A DNA stretch of 64,000 nucleotides from Leptospira biflexa (GTDB lineage Bacteria; Spirochaetota; Spirochaetia; Treponematales; Rectinemataceae): positions 41,995-105,994 of the forward strand of contig DYLX01000001.1 in assembly GCA_020721875.1 (NCBI GenBank). Direction: 5' to 3'. A program made the translations under genes and the position numbers. The notes under the pieces are model-generated. The model searched no databases. It worked only from the letters and a program-made list of their open reading frames with translations, and was not told the origin of the DNA. Below, one piece after another: positions 28,099 through 37,375 of this stretch. Each line of letters begins with the position of its first letter. Position 1 is the first letter of the stretch.

Positions 28099-29343
28099 TT
28101 AGAGGCTGAGGCGCTCGACAGGTAGAGTCATACAGCGGGCACCACCGCCTCCTCTAGCGAGTTCAATACCGTCAAAGGCCACCGCGAGTCGTGTGTAACT
28201 CTCGGTGGCAGCCCTCCCCTCCAGGAATTCCTGGGCGGGCACCACCGCGAATCCTTTAAGCGAGAGCGCCTCCAGGGTGTGCACATTGCATGAGTACATG
28301 AGAATCTTTCCCGGCGCGAATGCAAACGAATTGGCTCCAGAGAGCCATTGTTCCCGTTCCTGATACACCGGATGTCCATTACCGCATAAAATCGGCTCAA
28401 GATCTATTCCGACGCGCCGCAGCCCCGAGAAAAGCGATTCCTCTTCGCCATACTGAATTTCACCACGCGGAGAAATTTCAAGCCTGTACACTGAGGCTCG
28501 AGTCGGCCCCAGGAGGACAGGTTTATACGCGAGCGCAGCATCCCGATCGATCATGGTGAACACCATGTCGAGGTGGATTGTGGCGCGCTCCTTGGGAAGA
28601 TCTACCGCGAAAATTGTTGTGGGGACTTTAGCGATTTCGGCAATTCTTCTTGCCAATCGATCTACGGCGAAGGCACTTGTGCGTTCGGAGATGCCGACCG
28701 CCAATACGTTGGGCGCGAGCACATGAATATCCCCACCTTCCACCGTAATGAGCCTGTTTCTCTCTTTTGGCCCATTGATCAGGAGGCCATCATTCTTGAA
28801 CGCGGGATGGTGTCTAAAAACAAAGCGCGTAATGAATGCCTCCGCCATCCGCACATCGAAGGTAAAAGCTGCTGAAACGACCCTCGATCCGATAATCGCA
28901 AGGCTGTCTCTCATGAAGTATGCATTGGGGAGTGGATTCGAAATAAAACTATGCGCGTTGGAAAAGTGCGCAAGACTTTTCTTTGGGGCAAGAATGCCGG
29001 TCAGCACGGAGTGTGCCAAATCTCGAGGTGAGAGGTTCATTAGCGCTTCGATTATGGTACCGATAGGGTTAATCTCGCTGTACTCTGTGAGAAAAAGGCG
29101 TCGATTCTCTTCGTTTTTGAGACATTCTTCCAGGAGGTCGACGAGCTCGTAAGTCGTGGCAATAAGACTGAGAAAAGAATGTAGGTTTTTGTATTCATGC
29201 TGAACCGACAAGAGTGGAATGATGTCGTTGTAAAGATCACGTTCCGCTTCTCGTGGTGTCATTGCTTCAATTTCCGGCCCTGGATTATGAATAATCACGC
29301 TTTTAAGTTGACCAATTTCGCTGTCGATCCTCACGCTGCTCAT
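28099..29343 (-). CDS. arcA: arginine deiminase
   Basis: IGQLKSVIIHNPG N-terminus and C-terminal GGGGARCMTLP catalytic-Cys motif. ATG at 29343 chosen within ORF ending at 29409. Confidence 0.9.
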   Translation of the reverse strand: MSSVRIDSEIGQLKSVIIHNPGPEIEAMTPREAERDLYNDIIPLLSVQHEYKNLHSFLSLIATTYELVDLLEECLKNEENRRLFLTEYSEINPIGTIIEALMNLSPRDLAHSVLTGILAPKKSLAHFSNAHSFISNPLPNAYFMRDSLAIIGSRVVSAAFTFDVRMAEAFITRFVFRHHPAFKNDGLLINGPKERNRLITVEGGDIHVLAPNVLAVGISERTSAFAVDRLARRIAEIAKVPTTIFAVDLPKERATIHLDMVFTMIDRDAALAYKPVLLGPTRASVYRLEISPRGEIQYGEEESLFSGLRRVGIDLEPILCGNGHPVYQEREQWLSGANSFAFAPGKILMYSCNVHTLEALSLKGFAVVPAQEFLEGRAATESYTRLAVAFDGIELARGGGGARCMTLPVERLSL

Positions 29344-29524
29344 AGAGCTTGAGTATGTCCTATACAGCGCAAAATGTCTGTACCGTGACCGATGTAGGCA
29401 GGATTGCATATGTATGAACCTTCGACGCCGTAATCCTGTAAATCTAGTCAGGTTTTGTGCGACCAGGATGCATCATTATTCATTTTAATACTTATATTGC
29501 AAAAAATTATTTTCTTTTTTCATG

Positions 29525-29553
29525 TTGACGATCCCCTCGCTTCTGATGAAAAT
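29525..29553 (+). promoter_or_regulatory. putative promoter of the COG2403 GTPase gene
   Basis: TTGACG (29525-29530), 17-nt spacer, GAAAAT (29548-29553), in an AT-rich divergent intergenic region. Confidence 0.4.
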
Positions 29554-29570
29554 ATACCTAAGGAGACCCT

Positions 29571-30899
29571 ATGAAAAGAAGAAAAATCATCATCATCGGC
29601 GCTGCGGGAAGAGATTTTCACAATTTCAACACCCGATTTCGCGATGATGAAACCTCAGAGGTCGTCGCCTTTACCGCGGCTCAGATTCCCAACATCGACG
29701 ACCGAAAGTACCCAGCGCTTCTCGCAGGTCGGCTCTATCCAAATGGTATCCCTATCTACGCTGAAAGCGAACTTTCCGATCTCATCAAGCGCTTCGAGGT
29801 TGATGAGTGTATCTTCTCATATTCAGATGTACCCTACACCCATGTGATGAAGCTCTCCGCGATTGTCAACGCGGCAGGCGCTTCCTTCTGTATGCTGGGT
29901 CCCAAGGACACCCAGATTCGGTCGAGCAAGCCTATCGTGTCGGTCTGTGCGGTGCGGACGGGCTCAGGAAAGAGCCAGACTTCTCGCAAGATCGTGCAGA
30001 TGCTCATGAGAAGAGGGCTCAAGGTCGTGGCAATTCGTCACCCCATGCCCTATGGCGATCTTGTGGCGCAACGTGTGCAACGGTATGCCGAGATTGCCGA
30101 TCTCGCCCGTTACCGCTGTACAATCGAAGAAATGGAGGAGTACGAACCACATATCGCGCGCGGCAACGTGATCTACTCGGGAGTGGATTATGGCGCGATT
30201 CTCGCGGAGGCTGAAAAAGAAGCCGATGTGATACTCTGGGATGGCGGCAATAACGATTTCTGCTTCTATGTCCCTGATCTTCTCATCACCGTAGCGGATC
30301 CTCTAAGGGCGGGCGATGAAATCTCCTTTTACCCAGGAGAGATGAATCTCCGAATGGCGCAGGTCGTTATCATCAATAAAATCGACTCGGCGTCACCGGA
30401 ACAAATTCAAACGGTCAGAAACAATATCGCGAAAGTCAACCCGAAGGCCACCATCATCGACGCGGTGAGCCCAATATCGGTCGATCGACCCGAGAGAATT
30501 CATGGAAAACGCGTGCTCTGTGTCGAGGATGGGCCGACGCTCACCCACGGCATGATGAAGTTTGGTGCGGGAATTGTCGCGGCACAACGATTCCAGGCCG
30601 CGCAGATCGTCGACCCTCGACCATACCTCAGCGGAGAACTCGCAAAGACCTTTGAGACCTATCCTGATATCGGCATGCTGCTTCCTGCGATGGGCTACAG
30701 CGAGCGCCAAATTCAAGACCTTGAACGCACGATCAATGCCACCGACTGCGATACCGTGATCATCGCTACCCCAATCGATCTCACTCGAATTATCCATGTG
30801 AATAAACCGACGGTACGTGTCGGCTACGAGCTTCAGGAGATCGGTTCGCCCAATCTCGACGAGGTGCTCGATGCATTCTGCACAAGTAAGGGCTTGTGA
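29571..30899 (+). CDS. COG2403-type P-loop GTPase (cyclic 2,3-diphosphoglycerate synthetase-like family)
   Basis: IIIIGAAGRDFHNFN N-terminus, P-loop RTGSGKSQTS, G4 motif INKID. Family resemblance only; function unknown in bacteria. Confidence 0.65.
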   Translation: MKRRKIIIIGAAGRDFHNFNTRFRDDETSEVVAFTAAQIPNIDDRKYPALLAGRLYPNGIPIYAESELSDLIKRFEVDECIFSYSDVPYTHVMKLSAIVNAAGASFCMLGPKDTQIRSSKPIVSVCAVRTGSGKSQTSRKIVQMLMRRGLKVVAIRHPMPYGDLVAQRVQRYAEIADLARYRCTIEEMEEYEPHIARGNVIYSGVDYGAILAEAEKEADVILWDGGNNDFCFYVPDLLITVADPLRAGDEISFYPGEMNLRMAQVVIINKIDSASPEQIQTVRNNIAKVNPKATIIDAVSPISVDRPERIHGKRVLCVEDGPTLTHGMMKFGAGIVAAQRFQAAQIVDPRPYLSGELAKTFETYPDIGMLLPAMGYSERQIQDLERTINATDCDTVIIATPIDLTRIIHVNKPTVRVGYELQEIGSPNLDEVLDAFCTSKGL

Positions 30900-30923
30900 T
30901 GAGCCGCCAAACTCAATGCATAT

Positions 30924-30960
30924 AAAAAAACTGCCCCTGTAACCGCGAGGCAGTTTTTTT
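30924..30960. terminator. bidirectional intrinsic terminator
   Basis: A7-CTGCC-13 nt-GGCAG-T7 between the convergent GTPase and ferredoxin genes. Confidence 0.75.
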
Positions 30961-30977
30961 AAAAAAATACAATGGTA

Positions 30978-31148
30978 TCAACTAGGAATGATGGCTTCAG
31001 CCGGGCAAACGGACGCACAGGCGCCGCAATCAATGCAGACATCCGGATCGATCCAGCGCGCGTTGTCCTTTTCGCTGATTGCGCTGACCGGGCACTCGCT
31101 TTCGCATGCGCCACAATTGGTGCATGCATCGGTAACCTTGTATGCCAT
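30978..31148 (-). CDS. fdx: 2x[4Fe-4S] clostridial-type ferredoxin (56 aa, below the ORF-track cutoff)
   Basis: My translation: MAYKVTDACTNCGACESECPVSAISEKDNARWIDPDVCIDCGACASVCPAEAIIPS. Two CxxCxxCxxxCP motifs, ATG at 31148, TGA at 30978-30980. Confidence 0.85.
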   Translation of the reverse strand: MAYKVTDACTNCGACESECPVSAISEKDNARWIDPDVCIDCGACASVCPAEAIIPS

Positions 31149-31216
31149 ATTGAACCTCTTTGTGTGTGAATGTGGATCGTTCTTTTAGAGCGTAGAATCA
31201 TTTTAACACAGGAATT

Positions 31217-31966
31217 CTAATTTGGGAATAGGTGGACGACAAGCGCGAGCATGCGCTGGAAGTGCTCGGTACCATCGCGTCGGTAGCTCGAGAAACGTGG
31301 GTCGCAGAAGGTGCATCGGTGCGCATTCGCAACATGGATGAGGCCAAGGTCGGCGGCGAGCATCCTGTTTGCCTCGAGCAGATCGAGGAAAAAGCGCGGC
31401 TCGCCCTCGCGATATTCTTTACGGACTGTCTCAAGCCCAAACTCCGTCGCGAAATTTTTTGCGCGTTCGCCATCGACCTCGTAACAGCACGAACCAATGG
31501 ATGGACCAAGAATTATGGAAATATCCCAAGGTTGGCAGCCATAGTGTGCACCCATTCCTTCCACTGCGCAACTTAGAATACCTGTGCCCTTCCAGCCCGA
31601 GTGAAGCACACCGAAAGCCCCGCAATGCTCGCAGTGTAGATAGATGGGCATGCAGTCGGCAACGGTGATGCTAGGAACAAGCAAGGGATTTCGTGTGATA
31701 ATGCCATCGAAACCCGCAGGATTATGATCGAGTTGAACTCGTAGGTCTTCCTTCGATTCAATGAAGGCGACATTCCGCGTATGCTTGAGTGTTATGCCCA
31801 CTACTCTTTCCGGGGCGATGCCGAGCAACGCGAAGAGCGCGCGGCGCGCAGCGGACTCACGAGCAGGATCATACTTCATGTCGCCAGCGGATTTGAGGCT
31901 AAGCACGGCATGGGGGGCGGTATTTGAACTCCGCGGGAATGAAAATTCCACATACTGCGTGTTCAT
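31217..31966 (-). CDS. pgeF: YfiH/PgeF (DUF152) family protein
   Basis: VADCMPIYL, GVLHSGWKGT and GPSIGSCCYEV motifs of the family. Confidence 0.85.
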   Translation of the reverse strand: MNTQYVEFSFPRSSNTAPHAVLSLKSAGDMKYDPARESAARRALFALLGIAPERVVGITLKHTRNVAFIESKEDLRVQLDHNPAGFDGIITRNPLLVPSITVADCMPIYLHCEHCGAFGVLHSGWKGTGILSCAVEGMGAHYGCQPWDISIILGPSIGSCCYEVDGERAKNFATEFGLETVRKEYREGEPRFFLDLLEANRMLAADLGLIHVANAHRCTFCDPRFSSYRRDGTEHFQRMLALVVHLFPN

Positions 31967-31981
31967 CGCTGAGTCCTTTCT

Positions 31982-32857
31982 TTAATCGCTCTCAGCGTCG
32001 ATTCCCGTATGGAGAACCCACTCATCGACAATCCGGTCTTCATCCCGCAACATGACAGCGTGCGCCTCGAGCATGAGCCTCTCAGCTGGAGTTCCACCAT
32101 AGATCATGTCGCCTGCGATGGGGAGCCCCATCCATGCGCTGTGGGCGCGGATCTGATGGCGAAACCCTTTGCGGATGCTCGCTTCGAGGAAGATCGTCTT
32201 GGTACTGTGGTCGCGGACACCTCGAAGAAAACATGTCTCATAGAGATTCTTCGTGGTCACTTTACGCGTTTTTTGGAGAAAATCGGGCGAGATGCAGGCC
32301 ACGCGCGCGCCGCGCTCCCCATATCCCCGAAAATAGCTCTCCACCCGTCCCTCTTTTCCCGCTTGAATATCTGCAAGGAGCGCGTCGCGCTCGCCTGCCC
32401 GCGAAACAGGCATTGAACCCGGCACCCCCACCATCGACTCAGAACACGCGAGCACATAGTGCTTCTCGAGCGCACCAGACTCCTGCGCCCTCAACATGCG
32501 CTCAAAGACCTTCCTTGTGAGTGCGAACAGCATAATTCCCGAAGTCTCGAAATCGAGCCTGTAGAGCATGCCAAGCTCGGTGGCAAAACGATCGCCAGAG
32601 AGCATCGCGCGGCCATTGAGACCATCCAGCTCATTACTTTCGACCATCGCGCTCGAAAGAAAAGCATCGATCTCCTCAGTGAGTTCGCGATGAGGAAGCT
32701 CGCGCGCGTGCGCCACGAGCCACTGCACCATCGAGTTACCGGCCTTGCCTTGCCCCTTAGTGTGCGCAACCGAATGCCAACCTCGAGGTTTAAAGAGCAC
32801 CACAAGGCCACCGTGCTCATCGATGACGAATGGTTCGTGAATGGGTGCGAACAGCAT
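31982..32857 (-). CDS. RluA-family pseudouridine synthase
   Basis: GMLYRLDFETSG (catalytic Asp motif) and FRHQIRAH motifs. Confidence 0.8.
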   Translation of the reverse strand: MLFAPIHEPFVIDEHGGLVVLFKPRGWHSVAHTKGQGKAGNSMVQWLVAHARELPHRELTEEIDAFLSSAMVESNELDGLNGRAMLSGDRFATELGMLYRLDFETSGIMLFALTRKVFERMLRAQESGALEKHYVLACSESMVGVPGSMPVSRAGERDALLADIQAGKEGRVESYFRGYGERGARVACISPDFLQKTRKVTTKNLYETCFLRGVRDHSTKTIFLEASIRKGFRHQIRAHSAWMGLPIAGDMIYGGTPAERLMLEAHAVMLRDEDRIVDEWVLHTGIDAESD

Positions 32858-32860
32858 GGC

Positions 32861-34960
32861 TCATTCCATATCTTTATTCTGGAGGCGATAGAGATTCCAG
32901 TACACACCGCGTTTTGAGATCAGCTCGTCGTGTGTACCGCTTTCGACTACGTGGCCCTGCCCGAGCACGATGATCCTGTCCGCGTCTCGTATAGTAGAAA
33001 GCCTGTGCGCGATCACGATGCTCGTGTGTCCGCGAAGGAGCCCCTCGATGCCCTTCTGCAGCATCTTCTCGGTCTCAGTGTCGATCGAGCTCGTAGCCTC
33101 GTCGAGGATTATAATCGATGGTTCATGGGCGAGCACGCGCGCGAAGGAGATGAGTTGCCGCTGGCCAAGAGAGAGGTTCAATCCCCCCTCGGAGAGCACA
33201 GAATCGTAGCCTTCTGGCATGGCAGCGATAAACTCGTGCGCATAGACGGCCTTTGCCGCCTGTTCGATTTTTTCCTGCGGCAGATTGAGACCGAGCGCGA
33301 TATTTTCGCGGATACTTCCCTGAAAGAGAAAAACATCCTGAGGAACGGGCTGGATAAACTTTCGGATACGCCTCAGCGAATATTGTCCGATAGAAACACC
33401 GTCGATAGAGATCCTACCCTTCTGAATGTCCCAAAAACGCGCCAAGAGACTCGCGATCGTCGACTTTCCCGCACCCGTGTAACCGACAATCGCGACTTTT
33501 TCGCCGGGGTTCACGGTAAAAGAGATATCTTTGAGCACCCACTCCTCACTCTTGTACGCAAACCAGACATTCTCAAGCTGGATGTGTCCGCGTATACCCT
33601 CGGGAGCGGTCTTTCCCTCATAGCCTGGCATCTGGTCAGGGAGGCGGTCCTCCACATCGAGGAGTCCAAACACGCGCTCCCCGCTCGCCATCGCACTCTG
33701 GAGCAAGATATACTTCTCGGACAGATCCTTGATCGGCGAGTAGAACATCGCGATAAGGTTGATAAAAGCAATAAGGGTTCCAATTGAGATTGTGAGCTTC
33801 AAAAAGAGCATTGCTCCTGCGAGAATGGCGACTGCGGTGGTCAGCGTAGACATAAAATCGACAAAGGGTCTGAAGGTGGCATATACATACATCTCGGCAA
33901 TGTTGGCCTTCAAAAGCTGCTTGTTGTTGTGTCCAAAGTCGCGGCTGACGCGCTTTTCCTGCACGAAGAGTTTAACGATGTCGATGCCGGAGATGTGTTC
34001 GGCGAGGAAAGAGTTCACTTTGCTCGTCCATAGGCGCTGGTTGCGGAATGCGTCGCGCGCTTTCACTCGCGCAATCGCCGAGGCGGCGAATATGAAGGGC
34101 ACTGTCGCAAACACGACAAGTCCGAGCTTCCAATTGAGCACGAAGAGCACCACAAGGGCTCCAACCATGATCGTTGCATCCTTAATGAAGGCGCTCAGCA
34201 CATCGGTGAAAAATTGACTGATCACCTCGATGTCGCTCGTAAGCCTTGTGACGAGGCGCCCTACCGGCTGCCTCGACAAATACGAGAGCGATTGTTCGAT
34301 CACGTGGTGGTAGAGCTCGAGGCGCATGTCCTTCATGATCAGCGTGCCGATATGATTCGTGTACCAGGTCATCACAAAAGTGGCTGCGAGCACGGAGGCG
34401 AGGATGATCAATAAGAGCAGCGCGTAATGGGCTATAATCGCGCCGTCGCCGTAGCGGAGCGTCGCGGCTTCGTCTGAGGGAAGCGTGTTGAGGAGCGAGA
34501 ACGGAATCGCGCCCCATGCGTCCGACAGCACAATTTGAGGATATTTTTTTGCGAGTTCCAATTTCTTTTCGGGTAAGGTGCCCATCGGAAAGACATAGCT
34601 CGGCTTCTCATCGAGAAGCCCGCCCGCAATAAGCCGGTCTTTCTCTTTTTTTGTGATGCCTGCGAGGATCGAAGCACGCAGGTACACACGCGCTCCGATG
34701 GTGAGTTCATCACCAGGATTCCCCGACGGAATCTCGGATACCGAAGCCGGATCGACGCTGTACCACTCGCGCACGAGCGCATTGTCGACCGCACGCTGAA
34801 TGATTGTGGGGGTCAAAAGCTCGCCCGTGGTGCTCAGCGCAAGCGCGAGGAGGGCGATAATCGCCAACAGCATGTAGGGTTTGAGGTAGGATATGATACG
34901 GCGCATAATCTGTGCATCGTAACCCTTGGTAACCGGTTCTGCGTCGAAGAATTCAGCCAT
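32861..34960 (-). CDS. ABC exporter, fused permease/ATPase (MdlB/MsbA-like half transporter)
   Basis: 6-TM domain plus NBD (GYTGAGKST, LSLGQRQLISFAR, IIILDEATS). Carries an extra extracytoplasmic insert after TM1. Overlaps its partner gene by 8 nt. Confidence 0.9.
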   Translation of the reverse strand: MAEFFDAEPVTKGYDAQIMRRIISYLKPYMLLAIIALLALALSTTGELLTPTIIQRAVDNALVREWYSVDPASVSEIPSGNPGDELTIGARVYLRASILAGITKKEKDRLIAGGLLDEKPSYVFPMGTLPEKKLELAKKYPQIVLSDAWGAIPFSLLNTLPSDEAATLRYGDGAIIAHYALLLLIILASVLAATFVMTWYTNHIGTLIMKDMRLELYHHVIEQSLSYLSRQPVGRLVTRLTSDIEVISQFFTDVLSAFIKDATIMVGALVVLFVLNWKLGLVVFATVPFIFAASAIARVKARDAFRNQRLWTSKVNSFLAEHISGIDIVKLFVQEKRVSRDFGHNNKQLLKANIAEMYVYATFRPFVDFMSTLTTAVAILAGAMLFLKLTISIGTLIAFINLIAMFYSPIKDLSEKYILLQSAMASGERVFGLLDVEDRLPDQMPGYEGKTAPEGIRGHIQLENVWFAYKSEEWVLKDISFTVNPGEKVAIVGYTGAGKSTIASLLARFWDIQKGRISIDGVSIGQYSLRRIRKFIQPVPQDVFLFQGSIRENIALGLNLPQEKIEQAAKAVYAHEFIAAMPEGYDSVLSEGGLNLSLGQRQLISFARVLAHEPSIIILDEATSSIDTETEKMLQKGIEGLLRGHTSIVIAHRLSTIRDADRIIVLGQGHVVESGTHDELISKRGVYWNLYRLQNKDME

Positions 34961-36737
34961 TGAGGTCCTCCGAATCCTTTACTTCTTCGCAGGTGGCACA
35001 GGATTCCTCTTCAAGCTGCTGGAGCGTTGCGATTCGAGCGTAGAAGCCTTCGGTTTCCAACATGAGCTGCTCGTGCGTTCCCTTCTGGCCGATCTTTCCG
35101 CCGTCGAGCACGATAATCTGATCGGCGTTGCGCAAGGTTGAGATGCGGTGCGAAATGATCACCGTTGTTTTTCCTCTCCGCTCCTCGAGAAGCGCACGCA
35201 AAATTCTCTCCTCTGTCTCGGCGTCGACCGCGGAGAGCGCGTCGTCGAGCAAGAGAATATCGGGATTTACGGCGAGGGCACGCGCAAGCGCGATGCGCTG
35301 CTTCTGCCCGCCAGAGAGTGTGATGCCCTTCTCGCCCACCACCGTTTCCCAGCCATGCGGAAAAAGGTGAAGATCCCGGTCGAGCCCGGCGATCCGTGTG
35401 ATCTCTTCGAATCGCGCTTGTTTCATATTGGAAGCCGAAAAAAGTATGTTCTCACGGATTGTCTCAGAAAAAAGAAAGCTTTCCTGCGGTACAACGCCAA
35501 ATGCCGACCTTAGCGATTCAAGGCTAAAGGAGCAAATATCTTTCCCGCCAATAAAAATGTGTCCCTCGCCCGGCTCGAGCATCCTTGGGAGCAATTTGAA
35601 CAACGTGCTCTTCCCTGAGCCGACCTTTCCGAGTACACCCAGCATCGAGCCCGAGCGCACGCGCACCGATATTTCACTCAGGGCAAAATTTTCGGAATCA
35701 GGGTACCGATAACTGAGAGACCGAATTTCAATATCGCCCTGAGGCTGTGACGAGATCATGCGTTTCGATTCCTGGATCTCCGCCTTCGTGTTCAGCACTT
35801 CATTGATGCGCTTGAGGCTCGCCGCGCCGCGCTGCACGATGTTCACGGTGAATCCAGCACTCATCATTGGCCACACCAGCATCTCCAGATACGACAGCAT
35901 CGCGATAATGGATCCAGGCGTCATCGCATTGCGAATGGACGCGTTTCCACCAAAGTACACGAGCAGCACCGTGCTCAGTCCGGAGAGAAAAGTTATAAAG
36001 GGAAAAAAGAAGCCCGAAGTTTTCACGAGCTTCATAATCGCGTCCTTATACTCCATGTTGGCTGAGGAGAACCTATCGAAAAAGTACTCCTCTTTCACAA
36101 AGGATTTGACCACGCGCACTCCCGCGAGCGATTCCTGAGCAATATTCGAAAGTCTGCCGTAGATATCTTGAATCTTTTTGAAGAGCTTGCCGACAATCCG
36201 ACCGAAAAGAAGGATTAACGCGGTAATGAGGGGTAAGGGTATAATGATCCACACTGCGACGGCTGCATTGTTCGTGAACATCGCAACGAGAATCATCGCG
36301 GTCATAAAAACGCCGTCAATGAGGGCTACGAAACCCATCCCCGTCGCCTGGCGTATCGTGGTGATGTCATTGGTGGCGCGGGCCATAAGATCGCCAGTCG
36401 TATTTTTGCGGAAGAAATCGCCCGACATTGAGAGAATGTGAGTGAAAAGTCGTTCGCGCATTTCGGCTTCGATTCTTCGACTCGCAATAGTGATGAAGTA
36501 CCGCCAGAAAAACCGCCCAATCGAAATGATGATCGCGAGGACAACCATCGCAATGAGGGGCGAGCTCAGAGCGCGGAGCTGAAAATTGCCGCTGACAATT
36601 GTGTCGATCGCGGTTTTAATGTAGCGCGGAATAATAACTTGGCTTGCATCAACCACGATGAGACAGAAAATACCAGCAATGTATCTGAATGTATACTTCT
36701 TTAAGTGCGGTAAAAGCGTCACATACTCTTTAAACAT
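34953..36737 (-). CDS. ABC exporter, fused permease/ATPase (partner half transporter)
   Basis: 6-TM domain plus NBD (GKVGSGKST, LSGGQKQRIALAR, ILLLDDALS). Probably forms a heterodimer with the downstream gene. Confidence 0.9.
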   Translation of the reverse strand: MFKEYVTLLPHLKKYTFRYIAGIFCLIVVDASQVIIPRYIKTAIDTIVSGNFQLRALSSPLIAMVVLAIIISIGRFFWRYFITIASRRIEAEMRERLFTHILSMSGDFFRKNTTGDLMARATNDITTIRQATGMGFVALIDGVFMTAMILVAMFTNNAAVAVWIIIPLPLITALILLFGRIVGKLFKKIQDIYGRLSNIAQESLAGVRVVKSFVKEEYFFDRFSSANMEYKDAIMKLVKTSGFFFPFITFLSGLSTVLLVYFGGNASIRNAMTPGSIIAMLSYLEMLVWPMMSAGFTVNIVQRGAASLKRINEVLNTKAEIQESKRMISSQPQGDIEIRSLSYRYPDSENFALSEISVRVRSGSMLGVLGKVGSGKSTLFKLLPRMLEPGEGHIFIGGKDICSFSLESLRSAFGVVPQESFLFSETIRENILFSASNMKQARFEEITRIAGLDRDLHLFPHGWETVVGEKGITLSGGQKQRIALARALAVNPDILLLDDALSAVDAETEERILRALLEERRGKTTVIISHRISTLRNADQIIVLDGGKIGQKGTHEQLMLETEGFYARIATLQQLEEESCATCEEVKDSEDLNG

Positions 36738-36816
36738 GGGGTTTTTATTGTAGCGAAGGGGGCAGGTACATACAAGCTAGTTGTGCAGTTTCTGCAGCTT
36801 CGGCATAGTACATGCT

Positions 36817-37338
36817 ATGACGCACCAGGAATCGATCATCGTGCATACGGATGGCGGATGTAAGGGCAATCCAGGGCCTGGTGGCTGGGCTTATGTAATG
36901 CGCTTTGGAAAACGCTACCGAGAGTGTTCAGGCGCCGATCCAGCAACCACGAACAACAAGATGGAACTCACCGCAGTGATCATGGCGCTCTCATTTTTAC
37001 TTGAGAGAATCGAGGCGGTGAGTCGACCTCGTGAAGACGGAAAAACCGTGCCCTCAGCGTGGACGAAAGCCCCCATCATCATTTTTACGGATTCGATGTA
37101 TGTGAAGAACGGCATCAGCTCTTGGCTTGTCGAATGGAAGAAGCGCGGCTGGAAAACCGCGGCAAAAAAGCCTGTGATGAACCAAGAACTCTGGCAGCGC
37201 CTTGATGCACTCTGCCAGCGTCTCAATCCGCGCTTCGAGTGGGTAGAAGGCCACGCAGGCAACCCCGATAATGAGCGATGCGATACCCTTGTAGGGCTGG
37301 CGATTAAGGAGCTCACGCGAGCAAACACAGCTTTTTAA
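36817..37338 (+). CDS. rnhA: ribonuclease HI
   Basis: VHTDGGCKGNPGPGGWAY, NNKMELTAV, IFTDSMYV and EWVEGHAGNPDNERCD catalytic DEDD motifs. ATG at 36817. Confidence 0.9.
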   Translation: MTHQESIIVHTDGGCKGNPGPGGWAYVMRFGKRYRECSGADPATTNNKMELTAVIMALSFLLERIEAVSRPREDGKTVPSAWTKAPIIIFTDSMYVKNGISSWLVEWKKRGWKTAAKKPVMNQELWQRLDALCQRLNPRFEWVEGHAGNPDNERCDTLVGLAIKELTRANTAF

Positions 37339-37375
37339 GACGCTTGGCGCTTGCTTCGGCGTAAAGCTGAATGGA

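Noticed and set aside
29466-29502. ArgR/AhrC operator upstream of arcA
   Set aside because: Only one half-site-like match (TGCATCATTATTCAT) in an AT-rich region. This is not distinguishable from chance without a genome-wide motif.
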